Below are positions 57,176-64,000 of a DNA stretch of 64,000 nucleotides, piece by piece (the first letter of the stretch is position 1; every line of letters begins with the position of its first letter). A program made the position numbers and the translations under genes. The notes under the pieces were generated by a model that saw only the letters and a list, made by a program, of their open reading frames with translations, made no database searches and was not told where the DNA came from. The DNA is from Verrucomicrobiaceae bacterium (GTDB taxonomy: Bacteria; Verrucomicrobiota; Verrucomicrobiia; Verrucomicrobiales; Akkermansiaceae), in contig JBPOGH010000009.1 of the NCBI GenBank assembly GCA_051252135.1, positions 128,001 through 192,000 of the forward strand, written 5' to 3'.

Positions 57176-57247
57176 TGAGCGCAGAGCCTCAGTGGGTTTT
57201 GGGATATCTTCAAGGATGAAACTCAGAGTTGTTAGACAGGTTTTCTT

Positions 57248-59917
57248 CTAAAGGGGGGCGAGGAGGTTTTTGAGGGATTCGGGGTCGGGGGCGCCTTGGG
57301 TGGCTCCGGCGAGGAGGGAGTCGGCGAGGAGGGCTTTCTTTTGTTGGAGTTGGTGGATGCGGTCCTCGACGGTGCCGGCGCAGATGAGCTTGTGGACGAA
57401 GACGGGCTTGTCCTGGCCGATGCGGTAGGCGCGGTCGGTGGCCTGGTTTTCGGCGGCGGGGTTCCACCAGGGGTCGTAGTGGATGACGGTATCGGCGGCG
57501 GTGAGGTTGAGGCCGGTGCCGCCGGCTTTGAGGGAGATGAGGAAGATGGAGGAGTTTCCGTTCTGGAAGTCATCGACGAGTTGGCCACGGTCTTTGGAGG
57601 CGCCGGTGAGTTTTAAGTACGAGACTTTTCTTTTTTGGAGTTCGTGCTCGATGATTTCGAGCATGGAGGTGAATTGGGAGAAGAGAAGGACGCGGCGGCC
57701 TTCGGCGAAGAGGGTGTCGAGGAGGTCGAAGAGGTAGTCGAGCTTGGCGGATTTTTTGGGGGCCTTTTGGGCGGCGGGGAGTTTGAGGAGGCTGGGGTGG
57801 CAGCAGATTTGGCGGAGTTTGAGGAGGGCGTCGAGGATGGCGAATTGGGATTGTTCGAGGCCGCGGACGGCGATGGCTTCACGGACTTGTTTGTCCATGG
57901 TGGCGCGGACGGTCTCGTAGAGGTCGCGTTGTCCGGAGGAGAGTTCGACGGGGTGGACGAGGATGGTTTTGGGCGGGAGTTCGGTGGCGACCTGGTCCTT
58001 GGTGCGGCGGAGGATGAGGGGGCCGAGGCGTTTGCGGAGGAGGTGGGAGCGTTCTTCGTCTTCGTCCTTTTCGATGGGGTTTTGGTAGTTGTTGCGGAAT
58101 TTTTCGCGGGAGCCGAGGAGGCCGGGGATGAGGAAGCGGAAGAGGGACCAGAGTTCGCCGAGGTTGTTTTCGACAGGGGTGCCGGAGAGGCAGAGGCGTT
58201 GGTCGGCGTTGAGTTGGCAGGCGGCCTGGGTGACTTTGGCGGAGGGGTTTTTAATGTGTTGTGCTTCGTCGAGGACGGCGAGGCGGAAGCGGTGTTTTTT
58301 GAGTTCGTCGATATCGCGCTGGAGGAGGGCGAAGGAGGTGACGACGAGGTCGGCATGGGGGATGTGGGAGAAGAGGCGTTTGCGTTTTGCGCCCTGGAGC
58401 ATGAGGGGGCTGAGGGAGGGAGTGAACTTTTTGGTTTCGGCGATCCAGTTGGGGACGACGGAGGTGGGGGCGACGATCAACACTGGTCGACGGTCGTCGG
58501 GGTGGGCTTCGCTGAGACGGAGGATGTGGGTGAGGGTTTGGAGGGTTTTGCCGAGGCCCATGTCATCGGCGAGGATGCCGTTGAGTTCGTTTTGTTGGAG
58601 GAAGGTGAGCCATTCGACGCCGGTTTGTTGGTAGGGTCGGAGTTCGGCGCGGAGGGTGGCGGGTGGTTGGTAGGGGGGGGGTTGTGCGCTGGCGGAAAGG
58701 CGCTGGCGGAGTTTTTTGAGTTCGGGTGGGGGGTCGATGGGGAGGGCTTGTTCTTCGACGAGGGCGGCGGCATCGAGGGGGTGAAGGGAGGGGGCTTTGG
58801 GGTTGGTGAGGGCGGCGAGGTGGTGGAGGATGATGCGGAGGCGGCCGGCGGGGACCTGAAGGGCGCCGCCGCCGTGGGAGTCGGGGAGGTAGATGAGGTG
58901 GGGGTCGTCATCGGCGAGGTCGGCAAGTTGGTCGAGGGTGTCGCCATCGAGGAGGCCGGTGAGGATGGGAAGGAGGTCGAGGCGTTTGCCGTTGAGGTCG
59001 ATGCCGACAGAGAGGGTGAACCAGCCGCCGGGTGAGGGCTCGAGGGTGGCTCGCATTTCGTCGTCGGTGAGCTCGTGGACGTGGTGGCCGAAGTCGTCGT
59101 CGACCTCGACATCCCATCCTGCTTCACGGAGTTGGGGGACGGCTTTTGAGCGGAACCAGGGCCAGTAGACGGAGGGGGTGGAGAGGTGGGGTTCGGGGAA
59201 CCAGGCGCCTTCCGCGGAGACCTCGGCGGATTGCTTTTTGGCCATGGAGAGGAGGAAGCGGTAGTTGGGGTTGCTGGAAAGGTTGGTGAGGCCGAGGGCG
59301 GTGAGGGCTTCGATGGCGCGGAACTCGGCGGGTTTGTCGCGGGGGACGGGTGAGTCGTGGGAGGATTTGATGAGGGGGAATTCGTGGTCGCCGTAGCGGA
59401 CGGTGGGGCGGGCGACGAGCCAGGTTTGGCGATTGGAGGTGCGGAGGGCCTGGAGGAGGAGTTGGACGGCGCGGCCGGTGGCGGGTTCTTCCGCCAAAAC
59501 GAGCTTGAAGCTCGGTTTGGCGGGAGTTTGAAGTTCGAAGGGTTCAGTTTGAAGTTGCTGGGGCTCCGAAGGTTTTGGGGGTTCCGGGGCGGTGGTGCCG
59601 CCTCCGCGGAGGAGGCGGGCGAGGGTGTTTGGGCGGGAGGCGCGGATGATGGCGGCGGCGGCGTGGGGGCAGTGGGTGCCGTAGTCGCAGGAGCAGGCGG
59701 TGTCGTAGTCCCAGTGGTCATCGGTCTCGGGCCAGAGGTTGATGGCGGTATCGTGGCCCTCGACGCGGGCGCTGAGGATGGCTCCGTCTTCGGTCGATTC
59801 GAGGTTGAGGGCTTCGAGGAATTTGGGGGAGGAGAGTTTTTTTCCGTGGGCAAGGATGTGGTCGTCAAAGCGGTGGGACCAGTTGATGTCTTGGAAAAAG
59901 GGCTCGGGTGTGGGCAC
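57248..59917 (-). CDS. SWIM-zinc-finger SNF2-family helicase
   Basis: CSCDYGTHCPH; LADDMGLGKT, LDEAQHIKN, SGTPVEN, LFSQF, SLKAGGTGLNL, QATDRAYRIGQ. Confidence 0.95.
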   Translation of the reverse strand: MPTPEPFFQDINWSHRFDDHILAHGKKLSSPKFLEALNLESTEDGAILSARVEGHDTAINLWPETDDHWDYDTACSCDYGTHCPHAAAAIIRASRPNTLARLLRGGGTTAPEPPKPSEPQQLQTEPFELQTPAKPSFKLVLAEEPATGRAVQLLLQALRTSNRQTWLVARPTVRYGDHEFPLIKSSHDSPVPRDKPAEFRAIEALTALGLTNLSSNPNYRFLLSMAKKQSAEVSAEGAWFPEPHLSTPSVYWPWFRSKAVPQLREAGWDVEVDDDFGHHVHELTDDEMRATLEPSPGGWFTLSVGIDLNGKRLDLLPILTGLLDGDTLDQLADLADDDPHLIYLPDSHGGGALQVPAGRLRIILHHLAALTNPKAPSLHPLDAAALVEEQALPIDPPPELKKLRQRLSASAQPPPYQPPATLRAELRPYQQTGVEWLTFLQQNELNGILADDMGLGKTLQTLTHILRLSEAHPDDRRPVLIVAPTSVVPNWIAETKKFTPSLSPLMLQGAKRKRLFSHIPHADLVVTSFALLQRDIDELKKHRFRLAVLDEAQHIKNPSAKVTQAACQLNADQRLCLSGTPVENNLGELWSLFRFLIPGLLGSREKFRNNYQNPIEKDEDEERSHLLRKRLGPLILRRTKDQVATELPPKTILVHPVELSSGQRDLYETVRATMDKQVREAIAVRGLEQSQFAILDALLKLRQICCHPSLLKLPAAQKAPKKSAKLDYLFDLLDTLFAEGRRVLLFSQFTSMLEIIEHELQKRKVSYLKLTGASKDRGQLVDDFQNGNSSIFLISLKAGGTGLNLTAADTVIHYDPWWNPAAENQATDRAYRIGQDKPVFVHKLICAGTVEDRIHQLQQKKALLADSLLAGATQGAPDPESLKNLLAPL

Positions 59918-59963
59918 GGGGGGAGGATGAACTGCTCCGGTGGCGGAGGAAAGATCAGGGCGT

Positions 59964-60001
59964 AAAAAAACCAGCCGGGCCGGGTGGGCGGGGCTGGTTT
60001 T
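59964..60001 (-). terminator. Intrinsic terminator
   Basis: AAAAAAACCAGCC...GGCTGGTTTT. Confidence 0.7.
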
Positions 60002-60021
60002 GAGGGAAAGATGTTTCCGTA

Positions 60022-60627
60022 TTACTTGCGGCGGCGGATGAGGAAGAGGACTCCTGCGAGGCCGACAAGGAGGGACTGACTTGGCTCGGGGACGACGGCG
60101 GTGTCGTTGATGCGGATGTAGTCCACGGCGAAGAAGTTGCCGTCGGTTTGGGAGTTGCTGTTGGCAGATGCGCCGCCGATGGGGTCGAGGCGAAGGCTGG
60201 TGATGGTGCCGACCCCGAATCCGCTGATGTCGAGGGTGACGGTGAAATAGTCATCACCGGAAGCGACACCGACGAAGCCGGAGTTAAAGACAGTGGCATT
60301 CAGAGTGACGATGAGGCCGACGGGATTGAAGGTGGTGACAGGTCCGGCTGGAGCCTCGTCCTGGGATTCCCAGACGCGGAATGAGATGGTGTCCCAGGTC
60401 TCGCCGCCAGCGGGGCTGAGGCTGATTCCGGATTTGAGAAGTTGGGGGTCGTTGCCGTCGGCAGTTCCGGTGATGGCCGTGGTGGTGGCGATCAGGTCGG
60501 GAACGTTGTTGGCGGTGAAGCCATCGAGGGTGCTGTTGAAATCATAGCTGACGACGGTGGCGGCGGAGGCTGCGAGGCTGGAGGTGAGGAGGATTCCGGC
60601 TCCGAGGAGGTTGGTTTTGAGGGACAT
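60022..60627 (-). CDS. PEP-CTERM sorting-domain protein
   Basis: Signal peptide; LRLDP; VPEPSQSLLVGLAGVLFLIRRRK. Confidence 0.93.
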   Translation of the reverse strand: MSLKTNLLGAGILLTSSLAASAATVVSYDFNSTLDGFTANNVPDLIATTTAITGTADGNDPQLLKSGISLSPAGGETWDTISFRVWESQDEAPAGPVTTFNPVGLIVTLNATVFNSGFVGVASGDDYFTVTLDISGFGVGTITSLRLDPIGGASANSNSQTDGNFFAVDYIRINDTAVVPEPSQSLLVGLAGVLFLIRRRK

Positions 60628-60779
60628 GATTATCGTTGTGTATGGAGGTTGTAGATCGAATGCCCGATCCGAGTTAGCGACAATAGGTAAGGTTTCTTGG
60701 AAGGGAAGCGCAATCCAAGAATGGTTTCATGTGAAGATGTTGAGAGGGTTGGGAAAAGGGGGGGATCTATGGCAGATGC

Positions 60780-61376
60780 TTAGGTTGGGAGGATGGTGGG
60801 GAGGGCGTTGAGGCAGTCTTTTTTGTGGGTGAGGGTGATGAGGTGGCCGCCTTTGATGAAGGAATTGACCGATTTGGGGCGAGTGATGACGGGGTCCCGG
60901 GTGCCGTGGATGCGGAAGAGGGGGCTGCGGCCCTGGTCGCCCTGCCATTGGAAGACGGCTTTGGTGGTGAGGCGGAGGAAGCGGGGATCGGTTTGGGCGA
61001 ACATGCGGGTGGTGAGGAAGGGGAGTTTGGCGCAGAGAGTGCGGAGGAGGGTGAGGGGGATGAGGTTGATGAGGGGGTGGCAGGTGGCGAGGAGGGGTGA
61101 GATTTCGGAGGGGTGGGTGGCGCTGCTGATGAGGATGAGTTGGCGAAGGGTGATGAGGTTTGAGATTTCCGAGGCGACCATGCCGCCGAGGGAGGTCCCG
61201 ATGAGGGTGTCGGCGGGGGTGATGTGGTGGTCGTCGATGAGGCGTTGGGCGAGTTGGGTGAGGGTGGTGCCGGTGAAGTCGCGGGGCCAGTCGAGGAATT
61301 GGGCGTTGGGGAGGTCGCGCCAGGGGCCGGAGTACATGGCGTTGGTGGCACCCATGCCGGGGAGGAGGTAGACCAT
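60780..61376 (-). CDS. Alpha/beta hydrolase
   Basis: YLLPGMGA, GTSLGG (GxSxG), IHGTRDPVI, GGH. Confidence 0.88.
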   Translation of the reverse strand: MVYLLPGMGATNAMYSGPWRDLPNAQFLDWPRDFTGTTLTQLAQRLIDDHHITPADTLIGTSLGGMVASEISNLITLRQLILISSATHPSEISPLLATCHPLINLIPLTLLRTLCAKLPFLTTRMFAQTDPRFLRLTTKAVFQWQGDQGRSPLFRIHGTRDPVITRPKSVNSFIKGGHLITLTHKKDCLNALPTILPT

Positions 61377-61400
61377 GGTTTCTTTTAGGATACGGGTAAG

Positions 61401-61433
61401 AAAAAACCCAGCCTGTTGAGGGCCGGGTTTTTT
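61401..61433 (-). terminator. Intrinsic terminator
   Basis: AAAAAACCCAGCC...GGCCGGGTTTTTT. Confidence 0.75.
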
Positions 61434-61464
61434 GGAGGGGGGAGGGGTTGGGTGTTTGATTGAA

Positions 61465-62085
61465 CTATCGTTTCCGCCGTGCGCCGCAGAAGGCTGCGGT
61501 GAGGGAAAGGAGGAGGATGGATGAGGGCTCGGGGACGGCAGTGGTGCTGCCGAATGCGAATCCGATGGGGTCGTCCTCGGTTTGGTCGCTCAAGAGGAGG
61601 GTGAAGCTGTTGAGCCCGCTGACGTCGGCGGCAGCTACAAAGGGGGTGTAGTGGCGCAGGTTTGCATCTTTTGCTCCGGTTGTGGAGGTGGCTCCGGTGA
61701 CGACTTCCTGAAGGGGTGTTTCCCAGGTTCTGCTGTCGGTGGAAATGGAGAAGCCGGGGTTTGAGCCGCTGCCGTCGGTTCCGGCCATTTTAAATCCGGT
61801 GAAGGTTTGTCCACCGCTGAGGGTGAAGGTGATGCTTCCGGCGGCGCCATCATAGGCGAGGGCCTGGAACGAGCCTGTCTCGGAGGAGAGGCCTCCCGAG
61901 GCGAAAGTTGTTGATCCGTTGGCAAAGACTCCGCCGCCGGTGGTGTCGACGGTGAGGGTCACTCCTCCGGGGAGGCCGGTGACGACAGTGTTTGGATCGA
62001 TTTGAGTCCAGCTTTGAACCCAAGATTGGGCGGAAAGAGCTGAGGTGAGGGCCAAGAGGCAGAATAGGGGGGGGTTAATCTTCAT
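61465..62085 (-). CDS. PEP-CTERM sorting-domain protein
   Basis: Signal peptide; VPEPSSILLLSLTAAFCGARRKR. Confidence 0.92.
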   Translation of the reverse strand: MKINPPLFCLLALTSALSAQSWVQSWTQIDPNTVVTGLPGGVTLTVDTTGGGVFANGSTTFASGGLSSETGSFQALAYDGAAGSITFTLSGGQTFTGFKMAGTDGSGSNPGFSISTDSRTWETPLQEVVTGATSTTGAKDANLRHYTPFVAAADVSGLNSFTLLLSDQTEDDPIGFAFGSTTAVPEPSSILLLSLTAAFCGARRKR

Positions 62086-62241
62086 CGCCGGTGAGGGTAA
62101 CACGCATTTTAAGAAAATCAAACATTATTCACATTTATGCAATCTGAACAAAATCCGGGAAGGTTGGGAAAGGTGGCGGAGCTAAGGTGGCGGTGCGGGA
62201 TGCGCGCCGTTTTTGTTTTGTTTGCGGGTACATGGGCGTAG

Positions 62242-62268
62242 AAAAGCCGGACTTTGCAGTCCGGCTTC
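62242..62268 (-). terminator. Intrinsic terminator
   Basis: AAAAGCCGGACT-TTGC-AGTCCGGCTT. Confidence 0.75.
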
Positions 62269-62294
62269 CGAGGGGTTAATTGGCAATGAATTGA

Positions 62295-63569
62295 TTAAAT
62301 TTTGTATTTGCCGGGGATCGGGGGTGGGGTGACGGGGAAGGTGTCGTCCATTTTGAGGTCATCGGGGGCGAGGTCGTTATCGGAGGCCCAGAGTTGGTCC
62401 CAAGTGATGCGTTGGCCGGTGTGGGCGGCTTCGCGGCCGAGGATGCCGAGGGCGGTGGATTTGACCATGTGGTCTCCGTTGTTGGGAATCTTGCCATCAC
62501 GGAGGGCGGTGAAGAGCTCGTTGTGGCAGGATTGGTACATGTCTTGTTCGACGCCGGGCTCGGGGCGGGAGCGCCAGGTGGTCTTGCCATCGAGGTCCTT
62601 GATGGCGCAGCGGCCGGGGGCATACATGGTGCCTTTTTCGCATTCGACGCGGTCGACGACCTCGGAGTGGCAGCCGATGAAGTGGCGTTGGCCGACGTGG
62701 CAGTAGACTCCGTTGGGGTATTCGTAGGCGACGTTGTAGTGGTCGTAGATGTTGGAAGCGTCGGTTTTGCAGGCGCGGCCTCCGTTGGCGACGGCGGCGA
62801 TGGGGGCGACGTCATCCATGCCCCAGCCGACTTTATCGATGGTGTGGATGCATTGTTCGACGAGGGGTCCGGAGGAGAGCCACTCGAAGTTGAACCAGTT
62901 GCGGAGCTGCCATTCGACGTCGGGCATGCCATCGGGCTGGGGTCCGCCGAGGGGTTTGACGGGGTTGGCGAGGTAGGTTCCGTAGATGGAGCGGACTTTG
63001 CCGAGTTCGCCGGCAAGGACTTTATTGTAGGCTTCGCGTGTGGGAGGGTGGTAGCGCCAGCAGAAGCCGTTTTGGACGGCGAGGCTTTTTGCTTTGGCGA
63101 TTTTGACGGATTCGACGACGGATTTGAGTCCGGCCATGTCGACGGCCATGGGCTTTTCGATGAAGCAGTGCTTACCGGCATCGACGGCGGCGCGGAAGTG
63201 TTGGGGGCGGAATCCGGGAGGGGTGGTGAGGAGGACCATGTCGACTCCGGAGTCGATGACCTTTTGGTAGGCGTCGAGGCCGACGAAGCGGCGTTCGGGG
63301 GCGACATCGACTTGTTTGCCGAATCGTTCGACGGTTTTCATGGCGTTGACGACGCCGCTGCCGAAGGCGTCACCAACGGCCCAGAGGACGACGTTGGGGT
63401 CGGCGGTGAGGGCTTGGGTGACGGCGCCATTGCCGCGGCCGCCGCAGCCGATGAGGCCGATTTTGATTTTATCGGGGATGTTTTGTGCGCGAACGATGTT
63501 GGGGAGGCCGGCGGCGATGGTGGCGGCGGTTCCGGATTTGAGAAGGTGGCGTCGATTGATTGGGTTCAT
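62295..63569 (-). CDS. Tat-exported Gfo/Idh/MocA-family oxidoreductase
   Basis: NRRHLLK Tat motif; IGLIGCGGRG, TPPGFRP.H, GKHCFIEKP, VEQCIH. Confidence 0.93.
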   Translation of the reverse strand: MNPINRRHLLKSGTAATIAAGLPNIVRAQNIPDKIKIGLIGCGGRGNGAVTQALTADPNVVLWAVGDAFGSGVVNAMKTVERFGKQVDVAPERRFVGLDAYQKVIDSGVDMVLLTTPPGFRPQHFRAAVDAGKHCFIEKPMAVDMAGLKSVVESVKIAKAKSLAVQNGFCWRYHPPTREAYNKVLAGELGKVRSIYGTYLANPVKPLGGPQPDGMPDVEWQLRNWFNFEWLSSGPLVEQCIHTIDKVGWGMDDVAPIAAVANGGRACKTDASNIYDHYNVAYEYPNGVYCHVGQRHFIGCHSEVVDRVECEKGTMYAPGRCAIKDLDGKTTWRSRPEPGVEQDMYQSCHNELFTALRDGKIPNNGDHMVKSTALGILGREAAHTGQRITWDQLWASDNDLAPDDLKMDDTFPVTPPPIPGKYKI

Positions 63570-63696
63570 GGATTTAATTTCTACGGAGTTTGAATGGATT
63601 TGTGGTCAAAAGCGATGGCGATTTTTTTAGGAAAGATCGTTGCGATGTAAATCGTATTGGTGCTACGGTTTACTGAGAGGGCAAAACCGATTTATC

Positions 63697-64000
63697 ATGA
63701 TTAAGGAAAAAAGTTTCAAAACTGACAATGTGGAAATCGGGGAGACGGAGGTTCTTGTGGGATTGTTGGCGGATGAGATCGAGAAGAGGATGGGGGATTG
63801 TGCGTTGGAGAATCGCGATCTGGTTCTGGGTCTGGCGACGGGAAGCACTCCGATCCCGCTTTATGCGGAGCTTGTGAGGCGGCATCAGGAGGAGGGGTTG
63901 TCTTTTGCGAATGTGGTGAGTTTTAATCTGGATGAGTATGAGGGGATTCCGGCGGAGCATCCGGAGAGTTACCGGAGTTATATGGGGCGTCATCTGGTGG
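63697..64000 (+). CDS. nagB: Glucosamine-6-phosphate deaminase, 3'-partial (absent from the ORF track)
   Basis: My translation from ATG 63697: ...[55 protein letters not shown]. Confidence 0.92.
   Translation, partial: MIKEKSFKTDNVEIGETEVLVGLLADEIEKRMGDCALENRDLVLGLATGSTPIPLYAELVRRHQEEGLSFANVVSFNLDEYEGIPAEHPESYRSYMGRHLV

Noticed and set aside
58477..59868. 463-aa Pro/Ser/Thr-rich alternate-frame ORF
   Set aside because: A frame artefact of the C-rich codon usage in the SNF2 gene.
57248..59917. SNF2 helicase as part of an anti-phage defence system
   Set aside because: Ordinary stand-alone SWIM-SNF2 architecture with no methylase, nuclease or other defence genes adjacent.

Overview
A gene-dense, GC-rich bacterial window, most likely from a member of Verrucomicrobiota (PVC superphylum). 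This is inferred from five PEP-CTERM genes, PVC-type dehydrogenase/heme proteins, lamin-tail/CotH proteins and sulfatases. About 40 CDS can be supported. Main blocks: (i) three large secreted CotH-kinase/lamin-tail proteins and three LamG/FN3 surface proteins that share a C-terminal 'S-x2-L-x2-W ... F-x-R-[LV]' domain; (ii) large secreted redox proteins (cupredoxin-fused, tetraheme, di-heme); (iii) a DUF1611(DgcN-like) + PLP racemase + hypothetical operon with a structured, SD-sequestering leader and a racemase whose expected start codon reads ATC; (iv) an 11.2-14.8 kb plasticity patch with four ~205-220 bp MITE-like hairpin elements sharing one internal core, a duplicated gene remnant, a LysM gene and an AT-rich PEP-CTERM gene; (v) a sialic-acid locus (regulator, NanA, NanM-SSS transporter fusion, AGE epimerase, GH33 sialidase); (vi) housekeeping or stress genes (corA, pepC, dps, add, SNF2 helicase, partial nagB). 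I found no rRNA, tRNA, CRISPR array or transposase gene. All family assignments come from motif recognition by eye; no searches were run.
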